From the NCBI GenBank assembly GCA_023390395.1, contig JAEWCY010000001.1, forward strand, positions 4,515-68,514: a stretch of DNA of 64,000 nt, written 5' to 3'. Made by a program: the position numbers and the translations under genes. Under the pieces are notes generated by a model, which was not told the DNA's origin, searched no databases, and was given only the letters and a program-made list of their open reading frames with translations. Within the stretch, counting starts at the first letter, position 1. Every line of letters begins with the position of its first letter. This document shows, one piece after another, positions 55,599 to 64,000 of this stretch. Source of the DNA: Pseudomonadota bacterium (GTDB lineage Bacteria; Desulfobacterota; Desulfovibrionia; Desulfovibrionales; Desulfovibrionaceae).

Positions 55599-56312
55599 CT
55601 AGCGCGTGATTTCCACGGCCAGCTTCACGTAGTCGCGGCGTGTGGCCAGCACCTTGTAGTCGCGGTAGCAGGCCTGGCAGAAGTCCTGCAGGGCGGCGTA
55701 TTCGTCGGTGCAGTCCCGGGCCGTGAACTCGTCGAACAGGATGATGGTCCCCGGGGCGATGTGCCGCTGCAATTGCATGAGGCAGTACAGGGTCGAGGAG
55801 TAGAGGTCCGCGTCCATGTGGAGGACCAAGTCGTTTCGCGGCGTGAACGACCGGGAGAAGGCGTCCACGGTGTCCTGGAAGAGCCCGTCCACGATGCGGG
55901 CCCGGTTGTCCCCGAACTCGGGCACCCGGCCCTGCCGGGTGAACGTTCCCTTGGGCTTGTCCGTCTCCCAATCCTCCGGCAGACCCTGAAAGGAATCGAA
56001 GCCGAAGAACCTGGAGTCCGCATTGGCGTTGAGCTCCAGCCAGGTCCGAAAGCTTTCGCCGCCAGCGACGCCGAACTCGATGTAGTCGATGGGCCTGTTC
56101 CTGACGAACCGCTGGTTCACGCAGTGGTAGAGCTTTCTCCTGTCCTTGTATTCAAAATCCAGAAATACCGCGTCCTGCGACTTCTCCGCGATGACGGCCT
56201 GGAATTCCCTGAGCCTGTAGTGGCTTTTCCAATCCTGAACGGTGCCGTTGACGAGCAGGTCGATGGCATGCTTGACCAGTCGCGTCGCATCGTTTTGCTT
56301 CGCTTGCGCCAT
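55599..56312 (-). CDS. TylF/MycF/NovP-type O-methyltransferase
   Basis: YIEFGVAGG, FFGFDSFQGLPEDW, GLFQDT, HMDADLYSST, ILFDE; AAGGAG RBS. Confidence 0.88.
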   Translation of the reverse strand: MAQAKQNDATRLVKHAIDLLVNGTVQDWKSHYRLREFQAVIAEKSQDAVFLDFEYKDRRKLYHCVNQRFVRNRPIDYIEFGVAGGESFRTWLELNANADSRFFGFDSFQGLPEDWETDKPKGTFTRQGRVPEFGDNRARIVDGLFQDTVDAFSRSFTPRNDLVLHMDADLYSSTLYCLMQLQRHIAPGTIILFDEFTARDCTDEYAALQDFCQACYRDYKVLATRRDYVKLAVEITR

Positions 56313-56344
56313 GGCCGGACTCCTTGTGCGATCGCCGGCATATA

Positions 56345-56360
56345 TGCATGAACCATGCCC
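56345..56360 (-). promoter_or_regulatory. Putative sigma-54 promoter of the TylF-type gene
   Basis: Minus strand reads GGGCATGGTTCATGCA (GG-N10-GC), about 33 nt upstream of the ATG. Confidence 0.5.
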
Positions 56361-56860
56361 AATCCAAGACATTCCCCGCGCCATCGGAACACCAGGCCAA
56401 CGTTCCTGCATATTTCCGTATAATCAAGCCGTTGCATGCACGGTCAACAACGGGGAATGCCCGCGCAGACCGGCATCCTTGAAGGAAGAACAACAGGGGC
56501 GGCCTGTCCGTCAAAATACCGTAGCGCAGGGACAACACGAGAAACGGGCCGCCCAGGGATGCAATCCCCCCCTGACGCGGCGCCCCTCAGGGCGTCGAGC
56601 CCGTCGCGCTTGCCGCGTCACGGGCCGGCCAAGGCCATGTCGTCGGAAAAACGTCGGCCAAAAGGCCGACGCGGGCATGGGGGAGGCGTCGAGGCGGACG
56701 GCTGGCCGCGCCGGCGTCGCGTCCGCGCCAGACGTGCGGACGCGTCCGGCGGACCGTCAATCTTGGGAAGGAGCCTTCAAGACGGGCGTTTTTTCCAGAG
56801 ACCCCGCGCCGGGCGGCGCGGCGATCCACGAGGGGACGGCGGATCCCGGAGAGAGGCGGG

Positions 56861-58312
56861 CTACTCCCCGCAGCACTTCTTCATCTTGCGAAAGACGGTG
56901 GTGCGGTCGAGGCCCAGGCGCTTGGCCGCCTCGCCCACGGAACCGAAGTAGGCGATGGCCCGCTCCAGGTAGTCGCGCTCGAAGGAGGCCAGCACCTCCT
57001 TGTAGGGGCGCTCGAAATCCACGGGCAGGGCGATGGCCTCGCGCACGGGCGCGGCCTCGGCCGGCGGCGCGGCGGCGCCGGCCGAGGGCAACAGGCATTC
57101 CTTGACCCGCATGGCCGTGGGCAGGTCCTCGGCCGTGATGGCCCCGTCGCAGGTGATGACCAGGCCCTCGATGAGGTTCTCGAGCTCGCGCACGTTGCCC
57201 GGCCAGTTGTAGTGGGCCATGATCCGCTCGGCCTCGAGGGAAAAGGAGGCCCGCTTGCGGTAGCGCGAGCCGAAGCGCTGCAGGAAGAGCCGGGCCAGGG
57301 GCAGGATATCGTCGGGCCGGTCGCGAAGCGGCGGAATCTCCAGCACCGCCACCCGCAGGCGGAAGAAGAGGTCGCTGCGGAAGGTGCCGAGCCTGGCCTC
57401 GGCCTCCAGGTTGCGGTTGGTGGCGGCGATGACCCGCACGTCGGTCTTTCGGGCCTTGCTCGAGCCCACGGGCGTGAGTTCCCTGTCCTGGAGCACGCGC
57501 AGGAGCTTGGACTGCAGGACGAGCGGCATCTCGCCGATCTCGTCGAGAAAGATGGTGCCGCCCTCGGCCATCTCGAAAAAACCCACCCGCCCCTTGGGGT
57601 GCGCCCCGGTGAAGGCCCCGGGCGCGTAGCCGAACAGTTCCGACTCGATGAGGTTCTCCGGGATCGAGGCGCAGTCCACCTTGACGAAGGGCTTCTCGCG
57701 CCGGGGGCTGGCCTCGTGGATCATGCGGGCGAAGAGCTCCTTGCCCACGCCCGTCTCGCCGAGCACCAGCGCCACGGCGTCCGTGGCCGCGATGCGGCGC
57801 AACAGGTCCATCAGCCGCTTCATGGCGGAATTTTCCGCGATGAAGTGGGTGATGCCGCCGCCCTCCCGGATGAAGAAGTCCATCTGGTGCTGGTAGGTCT
57901 CGATCAGCTCCTGCTGGCGGGAGATGCGCTCGCGCATGCGGGCCATGAGGGTGATGTCGCGGGCGTAGACCACGACCAGGCTCACCGTGCCGTCGGGGTC
58001 GCGCACGGGCTTGCCGTCGATGGTCATGGAGCGGTTGTCGCGGGTGACCTGGATGGAGGAGGCGGGCCGGCCCGTGGCCACGATCTCGGGGGTGATGGGC
58101 GCGATGTTGAACAGGCCGGCTTTTTTGAGCTCTTCGACGTTCTTGCCGATGAGCTCGGCCTTGGCCATGCCGGTGAGCTGCTCGTAGGCGGCGTTGACCT
58201 TGAGGGCGTAGCCTTCGCGGTCGGCGATGAACACGCCGTCCTCGATGCTGTCGAGGATGGCGTCGAGGTGGCTGGCCACGGGATCGAGGAAGTGTCGTTC
58301 CTTTTTTCTCAT
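56861..58312 (-). CDS. Sigma-54-dependent enhancer-binding protein, PAS-AAA+-HTH (TyrR-like architecture)
   Basis: PAS ([16 protein letters not shown]), [39 protein letters not shown]-terminal HTH. Confidence 0.95.
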   Translation of the reverse strand: MRKKERHFLDPVASHLDAILDSIEDGVFIADREGYALKVNAAYEQLTGMAKAELIGKNVEELKKAGLFNIAPITPEIVATGRPASSIQVTRDNRSMTIDGKPVRDPDGTVSLVVVYARDITLMARMRERISRQQELIETYQHQMDFFIREGGGITHFIAENSAMKRLMDLLRRIAATDAVALVLGETGVGKELFARMIHEASPRREKPFVKVDCASIPENLIESELFGYAPGAFTGAHPKGRVGFFEMAEGGTIFLDEIGEMPLVLQSKLLRVLQDRELTPVGSSKARKTDVRVIAATNRNLEAEARLGTFRSDLFFRLRVAVLEIPPLRDRPDDILPLARLFLQRFGSRYRKRASFSLEAERIMAHYNWPGNVRELENLIEGLVITCDGAITAEDLPTAMRVKECLLPSAGAAAPPAEAAPVREAIALPVDFERPYKEVLASFERDYLERAIAYFGSVGEAAKRLGLDRTTVFRKMKKCCGE

Positions 58313-58371
58313 TTCCGCCCCTTTTTTGCCCCTGGCTCGTCACAATTTTCCCAAGCTCGCCGTCCGGCACC

Positions 58372-58485
58372 TGTGCAATACCGCAACCTGTGGCAAAGGT
58401 GCAACATGTTGCAGATTTGCCAACAACCTGATTTTCTTCATTATAGACTCCCGCACTGGAAAAAAACAAGTGCGAATTTGCAACA
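58372..58485. promoter_or_regulatory. Putative upstream activator sites (TGTTGCA-N-TGCAACA-like repeats)
   Basis: TGTGGCAAAGGTGCAACA (58389-58406), TGTTGCAGATTTGCCAACA (58407-58425), GTGCGAATTTGCAACA (58470-58485). Confidence 0.6.
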
Positions 58486-58556
58486 TGGCCCGGCCTTTTT
58501 TCGGCTTTCATCAGACCTTTGAAATTTTAACAATAAAAATCAGCTGGTTAATTTTC

Positions 58557-58572
58557 TGGCACGCCCATTGCT
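58557..58572 (+). promoter_or_regulatory. Sigma-54 (-24/-12) promoter
   Basis: TGGCACGCCCATTGCT matches consensus TGGCACG-N4-TTGC. Confidence 0.9.
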
Positions 58573-58637
58573 AATAGAGAGACAAAGCGCAAGACGCAAA
58601 CACGAAAACAACTGCCTTATCATAGAAGGAGAACGCC

Positions 58638-59000
58638 ATGGACGCCACCCCGAACACCACCAAGGTTCGCCCGGTTGTGAAGCCCCTGGAAAACTACACC
58701 GTCGAAGGCGTAAGCGAATGTTCGGCCTGCGGCCGCGCCGTCAAGATGCAGCTCCTCGTCGACAACGACATCATCGTCGACGCCGGCGGTACGGTCGAAA
58801 GCTGCGGCTACAGCCGGGAATGCATGGCCGCGCTCATCGCCACCGTCAAGGGCATGAACGTGTACGACGCCCAGGCCGTCTCCAGCGAAGATTTCCAGCC
58901 GCTCATGACCCGCGTCATCGAGAAGCTCGGCTGCGACAACTGGTGCGTTGCCGCCCTGCGCATCGCCCTGCGTAACTACCGCCTCCGGGCGGCGGCCTAG
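58638..59000 (+). CDS. IscU/NifU-N-like Fe-S scaffold-fold protein (atypical ligands)
   Basis: ACGRAVKMQLLVDNDIIVDA, SCG, VKGMNV, KLGC, ALRNY align with IscU; AAGGAG RBS. Confidence 0.75.
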   Translation: MDATPNTTKVRPVVKPLENYTVEGVSECSACGRAVKMQLLVDNDIIVDAGGTVESCGYSRECMAALIATVKGMNVYDAQAVSSEDFQPLMTRVIEKLGCDNWCVAALRIALRNYRLRAAA

Positions 59001-59135
59001 GCACACCGCCGCCCGTTCACCCGGCCATCCGCTGGACCCACACGGACGGTCGGGGGCAAGCCAGGGGACGCCCGCCGCTAGCGTCCCCTGGCTTTTTTAC
59101 GCACTTCGCCCGCCTTCCCCGCCTTCCGGCCCGCT

Positions 59136-59164
59136 TTGACAACCCGTCCGCCATTCCGTAGACA
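59136..59164 (+). promoter_or_regulatory. Putative sigma-70 promoter of glgP
   Basis: TTGACA-N17-TAGACA. Confidence 0.55.
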
Positions 59165-59317
59165 CGGATAAGCGCCGAAACGGCCGCCGGATCGCCGGAT
59201 TTCGCGGCCCGGCGCAGGACTCCCCGCCCCGGCGGCGCGCCAACGCACCAACCACGGGGGAGCCCCGGGCGGCGCTCCGGCACGGGACGCCCTCCCCTCC
59301 CCGCCCAGGGAGAGGCC

Positions 59318-61771
59318 ATGGCCAAGGGAAGCGTGTCCGATTTCCACGACCTCGGTTCGCTCGGCGAGGACATCCGCCGCCACATCCTGTCCAACCTCGG
59401 CAACGACCTCTACCCGCCCGATCCCTTCCGCTACTTCAGCGGCCTGGCCTACGCCATCCGCGACCGCCTCATCCGCATGTGGCTGACCACCCAGGCCTCC
59501 TACTACGACTCCATGAGCAAGCGGGTCTATTACCTGTCCATGGAGTTCCTGCCGGGCCGGTTCCTCATGAACTACATCACCAACATGGGCATGGAGGAAG
59601 GCTGCCGCGAGGTCGCCACGTCCATGGGCTACGCCCTGGACGACCTGGCCGAGGAGGAGCGCGACGCCGGCCTCGGCAACGGGGGCCTGGGGCGGCTGGC
59701 CTCGTGCTACATGGACTCCATCGCCACCTGCGGCATCCCGGGCTACGGCTACGGCATCCTGTACGACTACGGCCTGTTCCACCAGACCATCGTGAACGGC
59801 TGGCAGGAGGAGCAGGCCGACAACTGGCGGCGGCACGGCAGCCCCTGGGTCATCGACCGGGTGGAGCACCTCTACGAAGTGCGCTTTTACGGCCGCAGCG
59901 AAGCCTACAGCGACGACAAGGGCGCCCTGCGCTACCGCTGGGTGGACGCGGACACGGTCATGGCCATGCCCTGCGACATCCTGATCCCCGGCCACGGCGG
60001 CGGGCACGTCACCAACATGCGGCTGTGGGCGGCCGCCTCGTCCCAGGAATTCTCGCTTCGCGACTTCAACCAGGGCGACTTCGTCGGGGCCATGCAGGCC
60101 AAGATCCTGTCGGAAAACATCTCCAAGGTGCTCTACCCCAACGACGAGCCCGTGGCCGGCAAGGAGTTGCGCCTCAAGCAGCAGTACTTCCTGGTCGCGG
60201 CCACGCTTCGCGACATCGTGCGCCGCCACCGCAAGTCCGGCCCCTCCTTCGAGGGCTTCGCCGACAAGGTGGCCATCCAGTTAAACGACACCCACCCCAC
60301 CATCGCCGTGGCCGAGCTCATGCGCATCCTGGTGGACGAGGAGTTTCTCGCCTGGGACGAGGCCTGGGACATCTGCCGGGCCACCTTCGCCTACACCAAC
60401 CACACCGTGCTGCCCGAAGCCCTGGAGACCTGGCCTATGGACCTCTTGGGCCGGGTGCTGCCGCGCCACCTGGAGATCATCGCCGAGATCGACCGCCGCT
60501 TCCTGGCCGAGGTGGCGGCCAGGCATCCCAACGACCCGGGCAAGCTCGCCCGCATGGCCGTCATCGACCGGGGCAGCTCCCGGGTGCGCATGGCCCATCT
60601 GGCCATCATCGGCAGCCACGCCGTCAACGGCGTGGCCAGGCTCCATTCCGACATCCTGCGCCAGAGCGTGTTCCCGGATTTCGACGCCTTCTATCCCGGC
60701 AAGTTCACCAACGTGACCAACGGCGTCACCCCGCGCCGCTGGCTGCTCCAGGCCAACCCGGCCCTGTCGCGCCTGGTCACCGAGGCCGTGGGCCCGGGCT
60801 GGACCAGGGACCTCACGGAACTGAAAAAGCTTGTCCCCCTGGCCGAGGACCCGGCCTTCCGCCAGGCCTGGCGGGCGGCCAAGCGCGACAACAAGAAGCG
60901 CCTCGCCCGGTACGTGCTGCGAAAGACCGGCCTTGGCATCAACCCGGACACGCTCTTCGACGTCCAGGTCAAGCGCATGCATGAGTACAAGCGCCAGCTT
61001 TTAAACGTGCTGCACGTCGTCACCCTCTACAACCGCCTGCGCCGCGACCCGGGCCTGGCCGTGCCGCCGCGCACGGTGCTCGTCGGCGGCAAGGCCGCGC
61101 CCGGCTACTTCATGGCCAAGCGCATCATAAGGCTCATCACGGCCGTGGCCGAGAAGGTCAACGCCGACCCGGCCATGCGGGGCCGGCTGCGCATGCTCTT
61201 TTTGCCCAACTACTGCGTGTCCCAGGCCGAGAAGGTCATCCCGGCCGCGGACCTGTCCCAGCAGATCTCCACCGCCGGCATGGAAGCCTCGGGCACGGGA
61301 AACATGAAGTTCGCCCTGAACGGCGCGCTGACCATCGGCACCCTGGACGGGGCCAACATCGAGATCATGCAGGAAGTGGGGGAGGACAACATCTTCATCT
61401 TCGGCCTGACCGCCGCCGAGGTGGCGGCGGCCCGGGCCCACGGCCTGGACCCGCGCCGGCGCGTGCGCGACGACGCCGAGCTGGCCGAGGTGCTGGACAT
61501 GATCGGGCGCGGCTACTTCGCCCCGGGCGAACCCGACCTCTTCGCGCCGGTCATCGCCAACCTCCTCGACCACGGCGACTACTACTGCGTCACGGCCGAC
61601 TACCGGGCCTGCCTGGAAGCCCAGGACCGGGTCAATGCCCTGTACCTGGACCCGGACGCCTGGAGCCGCAAGTCCATCCTCAACACGGCCAACATGGGCT
61701 TTTTCTCCAGCGACCGGGCGGTCATGGAATACGCCCGCCGCATCTGGAACATCGAGCCCCTCGGGGAATGA
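59318..61771 (+). CDS. glgP: Glycogen/alpha-glucan phosphorylase
   Basis: YYLSMEFL, GLGNGGLGRLASC, IQLNDTHP, KRMHEYKRQ, PLP motif EASGTGNMK. Confidence 0.97.
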   Translation: MAKGSVSDFHDLGSLGEDIRRHILSNLGNDLYPPDPFRYFSGLAYAIRDRLIRMWLTTQASYYDSMSKRVYYLSMEFLPGRFLMNYITNMGMEEGCREVATSMGYALDDLAEEERDAGLGNGGLGRLASCYMDSIATCGIPGYGYGILYDYGLFHQTIVNGWQEEQADNWRRHGSPWVIDRVEHLYEVRFYGRSEAYSDDKGALRYRWVDADTVMAMPCDILIPGHGGGHVTNMRLWAAASSQEFSLRDFNQGDFVGAMQAKILSENISKVLYPNDEPVAGKELRLKQQYFLVAATLRDIVRRHRKSGPSFEGFADKVAIQLNDTHPTIAVAELMRILVDEEFLAWDEAWDICRATFAYTNHTVLPEALETWPMDLLGRVLPRHLEIIAEIDRRFLAEVAARHPNDPGKLARMAVIDRGSSRVRMAHLAIIGSHAVNGVARLHSDILRQSVFPDFDAFYPGKFTNVTNGVTPRRWLLQANPALSRLVTEAVGPGWTRDLTELKKLVPLAEDPAFRQAWRAAKRDNKKRLARYVLRKTGLGINPDTLFDVQVKRMHEYKRQLLNVLHVVTLYNRLRRDPGLAVPPRTVLVGGKAAPGYFMAKRIIRLITAVAEKVNADPAMRGRLRMLFLPNYCVSQAEKVIPAADLSQQISTAGMEASGTGNMKFALNGALTIGTLDGANIEIMQEVGEDNIFIFGLTAAEVAAARAHGLDPRRRVRDDAELAEVLDMIGRGYFAPGEPDLFAPVIANLLDHGDYYCVTADYRACLEAQDRVNALYLDPDAWSRKSILNTANMGFFSSDRAVMEYARRIWNIEPLGE

Positions 61772-61829
61772 CCGGCGGCCGGGCCTGGGGAAGCGCCTTC
61801 CCGCCGGACCGGCCGCGCGGTCCCGGAAC

Positions 61830-62687
61830 TCAGGCGAAAAACGCCTCGATGTACGCGGCCAGGGGCGTGGCCGGGCGGCCGGACAGCGCCTCCACGTCGC
61901 CTGTCACGCCGGCGTATTCCCCGGCTTCCGAGGCGGCGTAGATGCTGATAAGCGCCTCCACCACGTCCTCGGGCATCCCGGCCGCCCGAAAGGCGGCGGC
62001 GAAATCCTCCGGCGCGGCGTCCACCGCCCGCACCGGCTTGCCCAGGGCCAGCGAAAGCGCCTTGGCCACGTCCTCGCCGTCGTAGGCCACAGGCCCGGTC
62101 AGTTCGTAGACGGCGTTGTCCCTGGCCGCGCCGGTCAGCGCGCCCACGGCCGCCGCGGCCACGTCCCGGTGCGTGACGTAGGCGACCTTCCCCCTGGCCC
62201 CGGGCATGGCGAACACGCCCGTCTCCCTGGCCTTGGCCAGCAGCGCGTCCAGGTTGGCGGCGTACATGTTGTCGCGAAGCAGCACATAAGCCAGCCCCGA
62301 GGCCTTCAAATACGCCTCGGTGGCCACATGCGCGGCGGCCCACGTGAACTTGCTCCCGGGCACGGGGTTGACCGCGCTCGTGTAGACGATGCGCCGCACC
62401 CCCGCCTTTTTGGCCGCGTCCACGGCGGCCCGGTGGTCGGCGATGCGCGTCTCGTTGCTCCCCGCCCCGGAAACGAGCAGGAGTGTTTCCACACCGGCGA
62501 AGGCCGCCTCCATGCCGGCCGGATCGTCGTAGTCGGCCCGGGCCGTTTCGAAGCCCAGACTTTTGAACGCTTCGAGCTTCTCCGGCGCGCGGGCGGTCAA
62601 GCGCACGCCCCGCGTCAGCCCACGGGCCTTGCATTCCTCGATGACGGCCCGTCCCAGACGGCCCGTGGCTGCGGTGATGGCGATCAT
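61830..62687 (-). CDS. NmrA-like SDR / NAD(P)H quinone oxidoreductase (QorB/YtfG-like)
   Basis: IAITAATGRLG, ADYDDP, AAKKAGVRRIVYTS, HVATEAYL, YELTGP; AAGGAGG RBS. Confidence 0.88.
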   Translation of the reverse strand: MIAITAATGRLGRAVIEECKARGLTRGVRLTARAPEKLEAFKSLGFETARADYDDPAGMEAAFAGVETLLLVSGAGSNETRIADHRAAVDAAKKAGVRRIVYTSAVNPVPGSKFTWAAAHVATEAYLKASGLAYVLLRDNMYAANLDALLAKARETGVFAMPGARGKVAYVTHRDVAAAAVGALTGAARDNAVYELTGPVAYDGEDVAKALSLALGKPVRAVDAAPEDFAAAFRAAGMPEDVVEALISIYAASEAGEYAGVTGDVEALSGRPATPLAAYIEAFFA

Positions 62688-62700
62688 GACGTCCTCCTTC

Positions 62701-62716
62701 TGTTTGATATCAAACA
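62701..62716. promoter_or_regulatory. Putative MarR operator (perfect palindrome)
   Basis: TGTTTGATATCAAACA just upstream of the oxidoreductase RBS. Confidence 0.75.
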
Positions 62717-62730
62717 AATTGGGTAAAAAA

Positions 62731-63156
62731 TTAAAGAAAATTGGCTTCCATGGTCTCGAGGAGACGCACGAGCCGCAGCCGGTCGTCCGGCGCGATCCCG
62801 CGCCAGGCCCTTTCCAGCATCGCCCGGGAGATCTCCCGGAACGCCGGCTCCAGGGCCCGGCCGGCCTCGGTCAGCCGCACCCGGACGCTGCGCAGGTCCT
62901 CCGGCGAGGCTTCCGTGGCCACGTAGCCGGCGGCCACGAGCTTTTTGACCAGCGCCGTCACCGTGGACTTGTCCCGCTTGGCGGCCGCGGCCAACTCCTT
63001 CATGGACGCCTCGTCCCGGGCGAACAGGTGGTGCAGGATGGCCCCATGGGACGGGGCCAATCCCTTGATGCCCCGGCTTTCCAGGGCGGCGGCCAGGTAG
63101 CGGTTCACCCCGGCGTGGACGTCGCCGATGAGGGCGGCGATGCGCTGCGTTTCCAT
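62731..63156 (-). CDS. MarR-family transcriptional regulator
   Basis: LAPSHGAILHHL, MKELA..DKSTVTALVKKL..GYV, DLRSVRVRLTEAG. Confidence 0.92.
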   Translation of the reverse strand: METQRIAALIGDVHAGVNRYLAAALESRGIKGLAPSHGAILHHLFARDEASMKELAAAAKRDKSTVTALVKKLVAAGYVATEASPEDLRSVRVRLTEAGRALEPAFREISRAMLERAWRGIAPDDRLRLVRLLETMEANFL

Positions 63157-63163
63157 GTCTGGG

Positions 63164-63192
63164 CAAATAAGTTTGACATCAAACAATGTCAA
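63164..63192 (-). promoter_or_regulatory. Sigma-70 promoter of the MarR gene with embedded operator
   Basis: TTGACA-N17-TATTTG on the minus strand; spacer contains GTTTGACATCAAAC (63171-63184). Confidence 0.7.
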
Positions 63193-63198
63193 GGCCCG

Positions 63199-63239
63199 AA
63201 AAAGAAAAAGGCCGGGAGGGGCGTTCGCCCTTCCCGGCC
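63199..63239 (-). terminator. Rho-independent terminator after etfA
   Basis: GGCCGGGAGGGGC/GCCCTTCCCGGCC stem followed by a TTTTTCTTTTT tract on the minus strand. Confidence 0.8.
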
Positions 63240-63260
63240 CGTGAAGGCGTGCGCCGCCGG

Positions 63261-64000
63261 TTATCCCAGCAGTTCGTTGATCTTCTTCATGACCGCGAAG
63301 GCGTCGGCCACGTAGAGCACGTCGGCCTTGCCTTGCGCCCAGCCGCAGGAGGCGTCGAGGTTCACGGCCCGGCGCTCGGCGATGAAGCGCCAGCCGACCA
63401 CATGAGGCTCCTCGCCGTGGCAGCAGGTGGCCAGGCCCTTGGGATGGCGCGGCGTCGCGCCGGTCTGGCCGACCTGGTGCAGGTGGCTGAGGAAGGGCAG
63501 CACCGCCTCGCCCTCGCCGCCCATGTCCACCAGGGACTTGCTGCTGCCGAGCGACGCCTTGGACTTGCCGAGGAAGCCCAGGATCAGCTGGCCGGCCTCG
63601 GCCACGTGGGGCGCGCCGTCGGGCTGCTTCTTCGTCCAGCCTGCGCCGGCCACGAACAGCAGCTTGGCGTCGGGGCGGATGGTCTGCTCGTCGGCCGAGG
63701 GAGCGATGACGGTCTTGACCGTGGTGCGGGTCAGCGCCGTCGTGACCGGCACGTCGACGGCCGTGACGGCGACCTGCCCCGGCGCGCCGTCGTAGGCGGC
63801 GTGGCAGCCGGCCGAGACGCTCAGGCACCAGGGACGCCCGGCGCGGGTGAGTTCGGCCTGCATGCGCTGGCGGTAGTAGCCGCGCGTGGCCACGGGCGCG
63901 CCGTCCTTGACGGCAACGGCCGTCACGTGGGCGTCGATGCGCCCGCCCAGGCGTTCGGCCACGCCCGGAAGCGCCCGGGAGACGCGGGAATCGTCGGCCG
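63261..64000 (-). CDS. etfA: Electron transfer flavoprotein alpha subunit (5' end outside window)
   Basis: ETF domain (RGYYRQRM), AKLLFVAGAGW, SLGSSKSLVD, QVGQTG, AVNLD, ADVLYVADA. Confidence 0.82.
   Translation of the reverse strand, partial: ADDSRVSRALPGVAERLGGRIDAHVTAVAVKDGAPVATRGYYRQRMQAELTRAGRPWCLSVSAGCHAAYDGAPGQVAVTAVDVPVTTALTRTTVKTVIAPSADEQTIRPDAKLLFVAGAGWTKKQPDGAPHVAEAGQLILGFLGKSKASLGSSKSLVDMGGEGEAVLPFLSHLHQVGQTGATPRHPKGLATCCHGEEPHVVGWRFIAERRAVNLDASCGWAQGKADVLYVADAFAVMKKINELLG

Noticed and set aside
56560..56860. Small ORFs or ncRNA in GC-rich intergenic stretches (also 3850-4020 and 59000-59310)
   Set aside because: Only short GC hairpins, no RBS-supported protein-like ORF and no recognisable RNA family
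1..64000. CRISPR array, tRNA, rRNA, transposase, integrase or prophage genes
   Set aside because: No regularly spaced repeats, cloverleaf or rRNA-like sequence, or recombinase/transposase motifs were recognised

Overview
GC-rich bacterial window, most consistent with a Desulfovibrionaceae (Solidesulfovibrio-like) sulfate reducer. This is inferred from gene content, sigma-54 regulation and a REP-like intergenic element. (1) 1.0-36.8 kb, minus strand: a translationally coupled operon of about 34 genes for nucleotide-sugar biosynthesis and tailoring. It has a nonulosonic-acid core (NeuB, PseG-like, PseH-like, two DegT aminotransferases, four cytidylyltransferase-fold proteins), seven radical SAM enzymes (two B12-dependent, two paralogous SPASM/twitch pairs, one with an N-terminal SPASM-like domain), an orphan TPP-dependent E1 alpha/beta pair, a reversed HldE-like enzyme, formyl/acetyl/methyl transferases and deacetylases. 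A sigma-54-type promoter precedes it and it has no export genes. (2) 37.9-52.4 kb: a divergent polyprenyl-phosphate/GT-C membrane glycosylation cluster with two more radical SAM enzymes. (3) 52.5-64 kb: an EF-hand lipoprotein, a radical SAM-ArsM (arsenite methyltransferase-like) fusion, a lower-GC TylF-type O-methyltransferase, a PAS sigma-54 activator divergent from an atypical IscU-like gene, glgP, a MarR/NmrA pair with visible operators, and a partial etfA. No rRNA, tRNA, CRISPR array or transposase was recognised. The best candidates for undescribed biology are the radical SAM-rich sugar pathway (especially the rSAM-TPP alpha/beta-rSAM block) and the radical SAM-ArsM fusion. Starts were re-picked by hand because many ORF-track entries run upstream through GC-rich frames. 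All product calls come from motif recognition; no database search was run.
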